Shown here piece after piece: positions 27,817 through 40,034 of a stretch of 64,000 nucleotides of DNA. This stretch comes from Eledone cirrhosa. Its lineage: Eukaryota. The notes under the pieces were generated by a model. It was not told the DNA's origin. It was given only the letters and a program-made list of their open reading frames with translations, and ran no database searches. The stretch lies in NCBI GenBank assembly GCA_964016885.1, contig OZ024741.1:106702001-106766000 (forward strand), read 5' to 3'. Every line of letters starts with the position of its first letter. The first letter of the stretch is position 1. Position numbers and translations under genes: made by a program.

Positions 27817-28018
27817 CAAAAAATCATAAAGGTAAAAACACAGGCGATCGTGAACAAAAAATCATAAAGGTAAAAACACAGGCGATCGTGAACAAAAAAT
27901 CATAAAGGTAAAAACACAGGCGATCGTGAACAAAAAATCATAAAGGTAAAAACGCAGGCGATCGTGAACAAAAAATCATAAAGGTAAAAACACAGGCAAC
28001 CGTGAACAAAAAATCATA
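27817..28018. repeat. 38 bp minisatellite, about 5 copies
   Basis: caaaaaatcataaaggtaaaaacacaggcgatcgtgaa repeated head to tail. Confidence 0.92.
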
Positions 28019-28769
28019 GAAATACAATTGTAAGAACACAGGCAAAGAATCTTATACGGAAAAAAATGTACGGTAACAAAATCAAACAGAGGTAATGCGT
28101 GGAAGGAAAGACCAAGTGTGGGAAGGTGTGCAAAGTTCGGAGAAAGGTCACGGCGGATTAGATCCGGGTTGAGCCGGTTGTTAAGTTAAGTTCCAAGGAT
28201 GGAAGCCGTGTGAGATATATATATATATATCAATTTTAGTACAGCATTGACGAAGCTTTAGAACACGGCCAAGCTAGCGAATGCATAATCGGTCTGTAGC
28301 TTGAGCACTCAGATGAGGAAAGACCCCAGAGTAATAACATTATGTTCAGGCAGTTTAGAAAATCAGATATAGCGGTCGGCAGTCCAGCCGCATCACTAGA
28401 GCAACGAAAATACAGGACCCAGGAAAAGATTTTATACTGACCTGGACAGAGCGGTGAGGTTGAGTGCAAAATATATAACTTACATCGTATATCTACAATA
28501 TACGTCATATAAAGCAAACAACATCAGCGCTAAGTTTCTGCAAATCCAAGATCGACAAATTCCGGTGGCAGGAGTCTGCAATATAATGGTTTTTGACGAC
28601 AGAACATAGGATTTCCTTCTTCAGCAAGTCTTTCGTTCTTAGCCTGAGCGAGTATGTTGTAGCTTTAAATGTCGCCACAGACACGTGGTTTTCTCCAAGG
28701 GAGGTAACCCGCGCTTAGGCGGTGAATTCCAATATATATATATATATTGCGGCTACAACTTCGATTCAC

Positions 28770-28821
<52 letters not shown>

Positions 28822-29586
28822 TATACACACACACACACACATATATATGTGTGCGTGCGCGCGCGCGTTTGTGTAAATATCACGTGATTAGAATCCGGCG
28901 GTAGAATTTGAAAATTGAATTGAATTAGTAACTTGGCCTTTTTTAAATTTAATTCAGAAATTCAGGAATAATCTAATAATAACAGACAGTATAATCTCTT
29001 AGAATAGAAAAAGTGTGCATTAGCACAATATTTAAATTCTCTCTCTATATATTTTCTCAACAGAAAATCTGAAATTCTTTCTTCATGCCTACATAAATGT
29101 TCTCAAAACTTCTATTATACTAAATTAAAAAAAAACAAACTTAACCATCTAAAACTTTACTAGTCTTCAAATGATACAACGCAAAAATCTAAAAATAAAA
29201 AAGTAACCAATACCTATAAGGATTTTACCAATTAAAATAAACAAGAGAAATACTAACACTCTTCTATTGATACATTAGGTAAACATAAGTGTGGTTTTAG
29301 TTATGAGTATCTGTGTAAATATGTGTTAATGTAGATGTACATAGTTATGTTTTTTTGCACATGTGTGTATGTATATATATGAGATTAGAAGAATTACTTT
29401 ATACTTCTCTTATTTAGATTTTCTTATGTCTATATGTATATGTGTATCTATGTATGTATACGCATATATTTTTATATGTATAGATACATATGCTTATTCC
29501 AGTAATATATATGAGAAGATAGGTGTATGAATCAGTTATATGAATATGTTATATTCTCTTGTATATATATATATATATATATATAT

Positions 29587-29773
29587 AACGAAGGAAATGT
29601 GGTAAGGAACCAGGTGGACCATAACGCACCAAAGTACTCAATACTTGAGGTAGTAGAGTGGGTAATAGGAACCAGTAAGACCCCGACAGCTGAGCTCAAG
29701 CCGTTTCGACGGCTAATTCTACAGAATTAGCCGTCGAAACGGCTTGAGCTCAGCTGTCGGGGTCTTACTGGTT

Positions 29774-29778
<5 letters not shown>
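29587..29778 (-). mobile_element. Family A fold-back insert, copy 3
   Basis: Perfect 56 bp arms 29665-29720 / 29723-29778 with a 2 nt loop, the same tail as copies 1-2, and TA flanks. Confidence 0.8.
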
Positions 29779-29846
<68 letters not shown>

Positions 29847-30438
29847 AAATAAAATAAATAAGTCAAATGTTTAAAATTTGGCTTCGTTTATTACTGCTAT
29901 ATATATTTCGGTGACAGCCATCTTTGGCTGTGACCTCTTCAGGCAGTCCGAATTAGTGTGGTAGAGACGAGTACACATGTTGTTGAGGTGTTTAACGTTG
30001 TCAATACTCTGATATGCCCAGTTGGGTTGTTATTTCACTGAGGAACTGGAATCATATGAATTCAAACAAACGAATTTCAGCGTCAAAGGGCCTCTTCTCC
30101 CCTCATTGGTCAGTTGTTAGAACATTCCTCAGTCAAAAGTCTATAGAAATTCGTTCTGAGGCAAGCCAATCTATAGTTGTTATTCTTGTTATTGTTAGGT
30201 ATATCTGACCTCTATTCTTGTGTTGGTAGTGGTGTTATTGTTGGAGTCAGCTAAAAAAAAAAGTGATGAAGTGGTAGAAGGAATAAGATGGTAAAGGAAC
30301 AAAATAAAATAAAATAATCGAATAAAATGTGTGTGTGTGTTATACCCATCTCAATGTTATAAAGATTTGTAAGGTCAAACTTCCCATTGGTCAGTTTTGA
30401 GAGTATTCCTCAGTCCAAAGTCTATAGAAATCCTTTCT

Positions 30439-30506
30439 GGGGTGAGGCTCCCTGTAGTGTTTGTGTTTGCTATAGCAAACACAAACACTACAGGGAGCCT
30501 CACCCC
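30439..30506. repeat. Perfect 68 bp palindrome with no spacer
   Basis: ggggtgaggctccctgtagtgtttgtgtttgcta followed directly by its exact reverse complement. Confidence 0.95.
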
Positions 30507-30514
30507 ATTTATTT

Positions 30515-32250
30515 TGTTTGATCCTCTGCACGGTCCTTGTCTTGGCCGTCAGGCGCAGCAGGTCAAACAAGGAGCCGTCCAGTCTGTATCGCAGATACAC
30601 TCCATGCTCGAGGTCCCTGACGGCATGATTGAGCACGCAGGTGAAGGACAGGTTGAAGATGACGGGAGCCAGCACGCATCCTTGCTTGGCGCCGTTGGTG
30701 ATTCCGAACGGCTCCGATGCCTTTCCGCCCGAGCGCACATGCCTGGTCATGTCGTCATGGAATTGCCGTATCAGGTTCACAAACTTTGTCGGGCATCCAA
30801 ACTTCGACAGGATCAACCAGAGGGCCTCCCTGTTGACAGTGTCGAATGCTTTCGTCAAGTCTATGAAGACGGCAAAGAGGTCCATGTTCTGCTCAACACA
30901 CTTCTCCTGCACCTGGCGTACAGAGAAGATCATGTCAATCGTGCTGTGGTTTGGGCAGAACCCACACTGGGCCTCAGGCAGGTTGTCCTCCGAGATGTTG
31001 GCAATAAGGCGGTTGAGTATAACCCGAGCCAGAACCTTCCCAGCAATGGACAGGAGAGAAATACCCCGATAGTTTCCACAGTCAGTTTTGCTGCCTTTGT
31101 TCTTAAAAAGCGAGACAACTATTGCATCCCTGAAGTCTTTGGGCACCTCTCCTTCCTCCCATATGCTGACGAGGACCGGCCGACTTGAAGATCTCGGCAG
31201 GAATCCCGTCCTTCCCAAGGGCCTTTCCTGAGCTGGTCTGGTTGATTGCCTTCGTGACTTCATCCAACGTGGGAGGGGGTGGGGGTGGAGGTTGAGGCTG
31301 CCGACTACGGGCTTCTGTGGGACCTGGTCGAGGGCGGCAGGGTCGACAGTAGAGGGCTTGTTGAGCAGGTTGCTGAAGTGCTCTCTTTCCACCTCGAGTT
31401 GATGCCGCTCTTCTCCTCAGCAGGATCGAGCCGTCAGCAGACAGCAGCGGTGTGGTGACAGACTTTGGGGGTCCGTAGACGTCGCCGATGGCGCTGAAGA
31501 ACATCTTGGAGTTCTTTGTGTCAGCGTATCTCTCGACTTCTTCGGCCTTCTTTTTCCACCACTTGTCCTGCATTCTGGGTAGCGCTGCTTGGGTCTGCCT
31601 CTGGAGGCGCTTGAAGCGGTCGCGCTTCGAGGTGGAGGAGCTGTCATCTGCCACTCAATGGAAGCCCTCCTCTTCTCGTCCAGGAGTTGTCTGATGCGCT
31701 CATCGTTTTCATCAAACCAGTCCTGGTGGACTCTCTTCCTCGGCCCGAAGGTTGCCTTTACTGACTCTGTCGCCTGATACCTGAACTGGTCCCACTGTTG
31801 AGTTGGGGGTCCGGTCAGTGGTCCATGGGCAGTCAGCCGGCCTTCGAGGTCTTCCGCGAACGCATCACGATGCTCTGGCTGCTTGAGTCGTGCGACGTCG
31901 AAAGCTGGCCTACAGACTTTCGGAGTCTTGCGATGCGTCGGGGTGATGTGCAGTGACAGGATGGTCCTGACAAGACGATGGTCGGTCCAACACACTGCAC
32001 GACGCATGCCCTGGTGATTCTGACGTCACGGATGTCCCTCCTGCGGCATATGGCAAAGTTAATCAGATGCCACTGTTTGGATCTGAGGTGCATCGATGTC
32101 GTCTTGAACTTGTCTTCCTGACGGAACAGTGTGCTGGTGATGGTGAGGTCGTTCTCGACGCAGAATACCAAACAGTATGAGGCCGTTAGAGTTCAGCTTC
32201 CCTGTGACGTGAGGTCCCAGCACGCCTCTCCAGTTGGTGCTGTCAGACCA
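30515..32250 (-). pseudogene. Decayed RTE-clade LINE (endonuclease end + RT), frameshifted and truncated
   Basis: Peptides WTDHRLV, HQDWFDEND, NYRGISLLSIAGK, FIDLTKAFDTV, GAKQGCVLAP and YRLDGSLFDLLRL across several frames; GC-rich island. Confidence 0.9.
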
Positions 32251-32372
32251 GACAATGTTACGTTGTTTTGACATCTATAAGCATTTTTATGCACCCCGTC
32301 CAATATTCATGGATTTTCACACATCGTGGGTGCCCTAGGAACGTAAAATCCCCGAATAATGGGGGAAAACTG

Positions 32373-32413
<41 letters not shown>

Positions 32414-32419
32414 GGAGAG

Positions 32420-32695
32420 AGATGGACAGACATTTAAATTGTTGGAAATGCCTCAACAGATTAAGATCTGGTGGTGGTCGTGCAAAAGACAATCTCGCAA
32501 AATGGGGTTATTTAAAGGATCGAGACGTTGTGTGTGACTGCAGCATCGAACCACCTGATTTTCCCCCTGCTGGAACAGCCATGCATACCATTGGACTTGG
32601 CAGAGTGTAATGAGAAAGGACAGCAATGGGTTCAGCTGTGGCGGAACCATATCTATCGAAGCTTTGTAGACTTGTGGACACGATAAGAAGACGCC
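32420..32695 (+). pseudogene. 3' fragment of a non-LTR retrotransposon
   Basis: WKCLNRLRSGGGRAKDNLAKWG...CDC is a LINE C-terminal motif, followed by a short repeat-like tail. Confidence 0.6.
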
Positions 32696-33020
32696 AGATG
32701 ATTATTTAGTAAATGGTAATATACATCATACCCCCCCCCCCCACACACACACACACCACCACACACATATCATTGTGAGGCTAATTCTAAGAAGAAAAGA
32801 TAAATATTTGTAGTCTAAGAAAAATATTTTTCAAGAAGATTTAAACTGGAAGAAAGGTTTCAACATTTGAATTTGTTGTTTACCTGATATTGAACAAATG
32901 TTTTAATATACAGGCATGAAAATGTATCTATGTATACACATCTATACATACACGGATACCTATATATCTTAAAAACATATAAATATATAGAGTGATGGCT
33001 AAATAAATAGAAAGAGAAAC

Positions 33021-33139
<119 letters not shown>

Positions 33140-33292
33140 ATATATATATGTATATATATCTATATATATGTGTGTATGTGTGTGTGTATCCCGGGTTTAA
33201 TCGGGGGGTAACCACAGTAAGTAAGGTACCCAATACATACCAGAGTATAAATGTTTACAGGACTAGAACTGTTTCATTCAAAGGAAATCAAC

Positions 33293-33352
<60 letters not shown>

Positions 33353-33353
<1 letters not shown>

Positions 33354-33840
33354 AATGGAAAAGAATGAAACGAAATTTCATTTCTCACTCTTAGTACGGC
33401 TGATACTTAAATGTAAGTATGTATACGTACATACATATATGTATACAGACGTACAGTAGTATGTATATATATACATACATGCACACATATATATATATAT
33501 ACGTATGGGTTTACCGAACATTTATTTTAATGTTCGGTTTGTTTGTAAACAAACAGCCCGAATTACGCCGTACAGTGTTCGGCAATCTTCGTCGCCTCTT
33601 TGTTCAACACTGACACAGGAACGATGTACTAGTTTCAAGCTTATTAGCTATCGTCAGCATCGTATACCTTCCTGTCAGATGATTGAACGTTTGAAAGTAT
33701 ATACTTTCCTTATGCATATTAACGGCTGAGCAGCCTAATTTGCATATGGAGTGAGTTAGTTGGCCGGGCGTACCGAAAACGATAAATGGAAAAGAATGAA
33801 ACGAAATTTCATTTCTCACTCTTAGTACGGCTGATACTTA
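33353..33840 (-). repeat. ~431 bp HHR-containing unit plus partial tandem repeat
   Basis: aaatggaaaagaatgaaacg...ggctgatactta occurs at 33353 and again at 33784, with one HHR in between. Confidence 0.82.
33621..33663 (-). ncRNA. Minimal type I hammerhead ribozyme
   Basis: Minus strand reads ACGATG-CTGACGA-T-AGCT-AATA-AGCT-T-GAA-ACTAGT-A-CATCGT: perfect 6 bp stem I, intact core, palindromic stem III, GUA site. Confidence 0.85.
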
Positions 33841-34367
33841 TGACATTTACCTAGTATTTCTCTTAGCCTGTAGAAATTGACTAGACAAATAGTTAACTAC
33901 ACGGAATTAGGTACAAAATTGAAGTTAGAAGAAAAAATGCACATAAATATTACCAAAATTCTCATCGTCTCTACCAACCGGTGGTTTCGTTCCACTTTTT
34001 GGATATATCCGGTCTTGGATAAATCCACGAGGCTTGGAACTCACCAGGAGATATCCCAGACTGGACTAAGGTTCTTCTACCATGATCCCGCCAGAAATGA
34101 ATTCAAAATTGCTAAGAACCATCACGTGGCCAGTGGTCAAGGCAGAAAGTTTGTGATTGGTGCCTGTCGACGAGTAAGCTGGTTGCTAGAAAGCGCAGCC
34201 GAATACTGCCTAAAGTTATACTTTGTTATACTTTGGGAAGGTCATGTTGCCAATAAGAAACACACGCACCATGATCCTCCCAAAGTATAACAATATCGGT
34301 TTCAACACACGATTTCAGATAAAGAATCTTGCTAAACAAATTCAGAAACGAAATTAAATAATTATTA

Positions 34368-34422
<55 letters not shown>

Positions 34423-34426
<4 letters not shown>

Positions 34427-34925
34427 GAAGTTAATATGCCCACGGGTACTAAGTACCCCTGGAAATATATAGGTTGTCTATGATATAGGGTTGTTCAGTG
34501 GTATTAATTTGACATACCAGAACTATTACCCGTGGGCATATTAACTTCATTTAATATTCTCCGTTATGTAGAGAACAAATCTGTTGTTCTATTTGGCTGC
34601 TATTTTTAGTGGCGGTGTAGACAACACGTCTATGTTTCCTTCCGCTTTTGCTACGGACTGGTTCAAGTATAGGTCAAATTTTGGCCTCATTCGATCCTGT
34701 ACTAGCTAGCAGATGGCAATATATTTTGCCGTTCCTGGGACTTTTTGTCCTAGGAAAGGAAAATGCTCTCTGATGAACTTCACTTTTCCATTGGAGGTCC
34801 CTTGGATTTCCAATGTTTTGTGAAGCGAAACCGATCGGTAAAAGCACTGGAGTGGGTAAATATTTAAATTATATTTTTTAATTTATTTAAAAAAATTGTT
34901 TGAATTTTGCTTGTTCTGCTTATCT

Positions 34926-34928
<3 letters not shown>
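34423..34928 (+). mobile_element. HHR-bearing insert with short 5' inversion
   Basis: Inverted repeat aaatgaagttaatatgcccacgggta / tacccgtgggcatattaacttcattt (about 34423-34552), HHR at 34764-34846, and long TA tracts on both sides. Confidence 0.68.
34764..34846 (+). ncRNA. Type I hammerhead ribozyme motif with extended stem II
   Basis: Stem I TGCTCT/AAAGCA (5 of 6 pairs); CTGATGA 34770-34776; CTTCAC/GTGAAG plus inner CATTGGA/TCCAATG; GAAA 34827-34830; palindrome ACCGATCGGT; GUA site. Confidence 0.8.
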
Positions 34929-34975
<47 letters not shown>

Positions 34976-34980
<5 letters not shown>

Positions 34981-35044
34981 AAAATGTTTAACCCCCGACG
35001 GCAGTGCGTTATGGTCCATCTGGTTCCTTACAACACTTCCTTCG

Positions 35045-35046
<2 letters not shown>
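34976..35046 (+). mobile_element. Family A collapsed copy
   Basis: atagg...ccccgacggc joined to the family tail gtgcgttatggtccatctggttcctta...cttcgtt, between TA tracts. Confidence 0.65.
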
Positions 35047-35112
<66 letters not shown>

Positions 35113-35113
<1 letters not shown>

Positions 35114-35414
35114 ATGGAAAACGAAGAATCAGTGATGCATCGGAACTCAATTTAATATGTATTACAATTGTTTCCCCGGCGAACAGCTCGGGGTGCGACC
35201 TGTTTGTGGATCGAACCTGACTCTGGATTCGCAGGTTCGATCCACAAACAGGTCTCACGTCGAGCTGTTCGTCGGGGAAACAATTGTAATACGTATTAAA
35301 TTGAGTTCCGATGCATCTCCGATTCTTCGTTTTCCATTTTATCATACTCTGCTCCGTAGGAGCATAGAGTGCTCAACCGGCATACCGCCTATGGACGCAT
35401 CTTAGCTACCATAA

Positions 35415-35418
<4 letters not shown>
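35113..35418 (+). mobile_element. Fold-back insert with half-hammerhead
   Basis: ~107 bp arms 35113-35219 / 35232-35338; GAA-ACAATTGT-A at 35277-35288; tail to 35418; TA flanks. Confidence 0.75.
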
Positions 35419-35456
<38 letters not shown>

Positions 35457-35828
35457 CACACACATATATAGATATATTTTACATAGATCAATAATTGAAG
35501 GGACATACGGGGAACTACCCCCCAGAAACGATCGTAAAATAATGAGTTTTACTATAAATTAACCGTTTTGTGTTTAATTTCATTGTTCTAATATTTCTAT
35601 ATATATATAAACGGAAAAAATGAAACGAAATTTCATTTCCCACTCTTAGTACGGCTGTTACTTAAATATAAGTATATACACGTACATACATATATGTATA
35701 CAGACGTACAGTAGTATGTATATATATATATACATACATGCACACATATATATATGTACGTATGGATCCACCGAACATTTATTATAATGCTCGGTGTGTT
35801 TGTAAACATCGGTGAATCCATACGTACA

Positions 35829-35928
<100 letters not shown>

Positions 35929-36028
35929 AGCTAACTCACTCGATATATTCAAATTAGGCTGTTCAGCCGTTAATATGCATAAGGAAAGTATATACTTTCA
36001 GACGTTCAATCATCTGACAGGAAGGTAT

Positions 36029-36071
36029 ACGATACTCACGATAGCTAATAAGCTTGAAACTAGTACATCGT
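36029..36071 (+). ncRNA. Mutated hammerhead copy (core CTCACGA)
   Basis: Same family; the G5 position is changed to C, so it is probably inactive. Confidence 0.6.
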
Positions 36072-36453
36072 TCCTGTGTCAGTGTTGAACAAAAAGCTGA
36101 CGGCGGTTGCCTCAACACTGTACGGTTTAATTCGAGCTGTTTGTTTACAAACAAACCGAACATTATAATAAATGTTCGGTAAACACATACATACATATAT
36201 ATATATGTGTGCATGTATGTATATATATATACATACTACTGTACGTCTGTATACATATATGTATGTACGTGTACATACTTATATTTAAGTAACAGCCGTA
36301 CTAAGAGTGGGAAATGAAATTTCGTTTCATTTTTTCCGTTTATCGTTTTCGGTGCACCCGGCCGATTAACCCACTCGATATGCAAATTGGGCTACTCAGC
36401 CGTTAATATGCATAAGGTAAGTATATACGTTCAACAATCTGGCAGGAAGGTAT

Positions 36454-36496
36454 ACGTTGCTGACGATAGCTAATAAGCTTGAAACTAGTAGAGCGT
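36454..36496 (+). ncRNA. Minimal hammerhead ribozyme (same family as 33621-33663)
   Basis: CTGACGA 36460-36466 and GAAACTAGTA 36481-36490; stem I is partly decayed. Confidence 0.72.
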
Positions 36497-36844
36497 TCCT
36501 TTGTCAGTGCTGAACAAACGAGCAACGATGGTTGCTGGACACTATGGCTTAATACGGGATGTTTGTTTACAAACACACCGAGCATTATAATAAATGTTCG
36601 GTGAATCCATACGTACATATATACATGTGTGCATGTATGTATATATATATATACATACTACTGTACGTCTGTATACATATATGTATGTACGTGTACATTA
36701 TACCTGTGATTGTATGTCTGTAGATGTATTAATAGTTAAGTAAATAGATATACAGTATACACGAATAGATTGATAGAGAAATGATAAGGTGAGAGTGGAA
36801 AAAAGAAACCAGCAAATATTCTGTGTATTTCTATTTGTACACAT

Positions 36845-37355
36845 ATGTGTATGTATCTAGTCATGACTTTGTGTGCGCGCGTGTGTGTTTATGTATGCGT
36901 GAGTGTGTGTGTTTGTGTATTTCTGTGTAAGTGCGTGTGTCACCTTATGTCAATGTGTATCTGTGTATGTATGTGGTGCATGTATACGTGTGTATGCGTC
37001 TGTATCAGTGTGTGCATATATGTGTATGTGTGTGTGTGTATGAATGTGTGTGTGTATGTATGCATGTGCATGTGTGTGTGTGCAGGTAGGTGTATGTGTT
37101 TGCATGTATGCGTGTGTATGTGTGTGTGCATATGTGTATGCGTATATGTGTGTGTCTGTATGTATGTGTGTATGTCTGTGTGTGTGTGTGCATCTGTGTG
37201 AGTGTGTATGTGTCTGTATGTATGTGTGTGTCTGTATGCGTGTGTATGTGTGTGTGTGTGCATCTCTGTGTGTGTATGTGTGCGTGTGTATGTGTATTTG
37301 TGTGTGCATGTGTATGTGTGTGTGTGTGCATGTGTATGTGTGTGTGTGTGTGTGT

Positions 37356-37396
<41 letters not shown>
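36845..37396. repeat. Degenerate (TG)n array
   Basis: Direct inspection. Confidence 0.9.
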
Positions 37397-37400
<4 letters not shown>

Positions 37401-38004
37401 TCTGAAACACTATAGGACTTGTATGAAAGAAATTAAAAAACGTGTGAAGTAGTCACATGTGTGATGTAGACAGATGTGTGAAGTTAATTCGTTTAATGCT
37501 GAAATCCAAACGATTGACCAGGTAAAAAACAAAGAAAAGCAACAAAAACAAACTAATAAACAAAACAACATATTCAAAGATACTAAAGAAAAGATAACTT
37601 ATCAGATATTTAGTTTAAAACACATTTTATATACTTTTTGTGTATTTCATTGAATGTTTGTTGGTTCCCCTTCACTGTACAGCGTTTTCTTCCGGTTTAT
37701 TAACTTCATTTTTAGATTTGGATCATTTCCGGTATTATAACGGATGTTACATTTGTTTTAAATTCTAAAGACCTTTGAAAGGCTTTAAAGATATACTGTA
37801 TGTCGGTCACTGATCTCTGGTATGATGGTAGTGGTTGGAAATGAGGATAATGATGCTGATGATAGATCCTTTGTTGGTGAAGATGGTGAACGTTTAGTTG
37901 TTTGTTTAGTTGAACAAAATGTGACAACCAATACCTCAGGTACTTCGCCCGACACTTTAACTATTCTGTCAATTGCCTGCCCTTAATTGTTACATAATAT
38001 ATAT

Positions 38005-38205
38005 TTTTAATTTAGGCACGGGGCCGGCATCAATTTTTTGGGGGTGGGGTGGGGTGGTGGGAAGTTGATTAAATCATCCCCAGTATTTGACTGGTACTTT
38101 ATTTTATGGACCCCGAAAGGATCAAAGGTAAAGTTGACCCCAGTGGGATTTGAACTCAGAAAGCTGACAGTCGGAGAAAACAGATGTTGGCATTTTGCCA
38201 AATGT
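38005..38205 (-). mobile_element. Diverged SINE
   Basis: ttaggcac...ggtacttt...ggatttgaactcagaa. Confidence 0.7.
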
Positions 38206-39021
38206 TCTGACGTATCTATCTTCCACCTGTATTCTCAGTTCAAATTATGTCACAGTTAATAGGAATCTCATTTTATTCTGAATTGTCCATAAAATAAGTA
38301 GCAGTAATATACTGCTGCTGGGACATTCAATTATGCCACTTTCTCCTTAAAGTAAACAGTAGCTGAGATAAAGTACACAGCAAAGAAAGTTAACTACACA
38401 CATGAGTGAGCCCTGTGAGTTCGAATGTCCCTTATAACCCGTCTTCCTCGCTATCCTCTAACGTACCTATTTCTCTATTCCGTTCACTGGGACTATGCAG
38501 TGGTATGGACTTGAGGTTTTGCAAGTCAGTGAGCGCTCTCTCTCATTGTGCAGGCATATATCATTGTAGTAGCAATGGCGACAGTCGGTGCCTTTCCAAT
38601 ACATACACATATATACATTTCCATTGATTTTTCTCTCAATCCTAACAATGACAAATTTATCAAGGAACTATGTCACTGATAAACACACAGAAAATATATG
38701 TATATATACATATATACATTGATATTTTCGTTTTGTCTGATTAACAAGTCCGGTGAGTAGTTTAGGATTGGAGTCGGGTTTATGAAACTAAAATAGAACC
38801 TGGGGCACCCATCTGTGAAACGTTCGCAACTCAACTGATTCAATAAAAACCTAAATGTGAAAACTCGTTTTGTTCTTAATATATACACTCTGTTATAACA
38901 TTGTGCTAATATAGCTACCTTCCTCGGTAAACCACAAATTTACTGAATTATCTAACACACACACACACACACCCACCCACCCACACACACCCACCAACAC
39001 ACCCACCAACACACACGCACG

Positions 39022-39111
<90 letters not shown>

Positions 39112-39119
39112 TACGCACA

Positions 39120-39550
39120 TAGGCTGGTTATGTCATCAGAATGAGTGACAAAAGAATACCAAAAGTCCTCATGTACAGCAAGTTTCATTGTGGATATAGA
39201 AATATTGGACGACCATGGCCTAGGTACAAAAATAAGTTGAAGAGTAATTTTTCTGCAACCAATATACTTTATGAGGCATTTGTGCAAGTGGCCTTGCAGC
39301 GGGAAAACTGGAGATATGTGTGTTATAACGGGATCAGGAACTTCGAGTCCGGTTGTATGCATAGAATACAAGAAACAAGAGGGAGGAGAAAAGCATTATC
39401 AAACATACCAGCGACATTATCCAGTAAACCTCACCCTTGCACGATCTGTTGACTTGTTGGCAAATCCTTGGCAAGTATAAAATATATGTCCAATATAAAC
39501 AACTAAACAGATGAACTGGATAGGTTGTCGAAGTCGACAGGAGAGTCCAT
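39120..39550 (+). pseudogene. 3' fragment of an RTE-clade LINE
   Basis: AGYVIRMSDKRIPKVLMY...GRPWPRYKNKLK...CTIC matches the RTE C-terminal pattern. Confidence 0.75.
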
Positions 39551-39551
39551 C

Positions 39552-39616
<65 letters not shown>

Positions 39617-39982
39617 ATGATATTAAATAAATGGAAACTATATTTATAAAACCATATTTATTTTATTATATACATTTCAAGGGTACCAACAGACTTTCTT
39701 CAGATAAAATACAACATTTGTTTTATAAATAGAGACATACCCATGAAAATCATACCTGATCAGTTGGATAACAAATTTTGTATTTCATCTGAAGAAAGCG
39801 TACCAAAGTCTTTTGGTACCCTTGAAATATATATAATAAAATAAATATGGTTTTATGAATATAGTTTCCATTTATTTAATATCAATGCATATTTACTCCA
39901 GGACTTGTTGAGTGCTCTAAATCAGTTATAAACATTTATACTTATATTTGTCGGATTTCCAACAAATTAAATACCCCTTCTA

Positions 39983-39985
<3 letters not shown>
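39617..39985 (+). mobile_element. Fold-back HHR-bearing insert
   Basis: Imperfect arms at about 39618-39722 / 39770-39884, a ~100 bp tail and TA flanks. Confidence 0.7.
39781..39843 (+). ncRNA. Type I hammerhead ribozyme motif
   Basis: Stem I TATTTCAT/ATAAAATA (7 of 8 pairs); CTGAAGA 39789-39795; stem II AAG.GTACCAAA/TTTGGTAC.CTT; GAAA 39824-39827; palindrome ATATATAT; AUA site. Confidence 0.72.

Positions 39986-40034
<49 letters not shown>

Larger units (their letters stand above)
27065..28212 (-). mobile_element. Probable Penelope-like element 3' remnant
   Basis: TA-flanked block with an HHR motif near its 3' end. The minus strand near 28160-28200 reads ILGT*LNNRLNPD, loosely like the GIY-YIG C-terminal LxTLxPxGLN motif. 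Confidence 0.45.

Noticed and set aside
27817-28018. CRISPR-like 38 bp repeats
   Set aside because: No spacers, no cas genes and a eukaryotic context; it is a minisatellite.
35505-35545. GAAACGATCGTA half-hammerhead
   Set aside because: Palindromic stem III is present but no CUGANGA core lies upstream.
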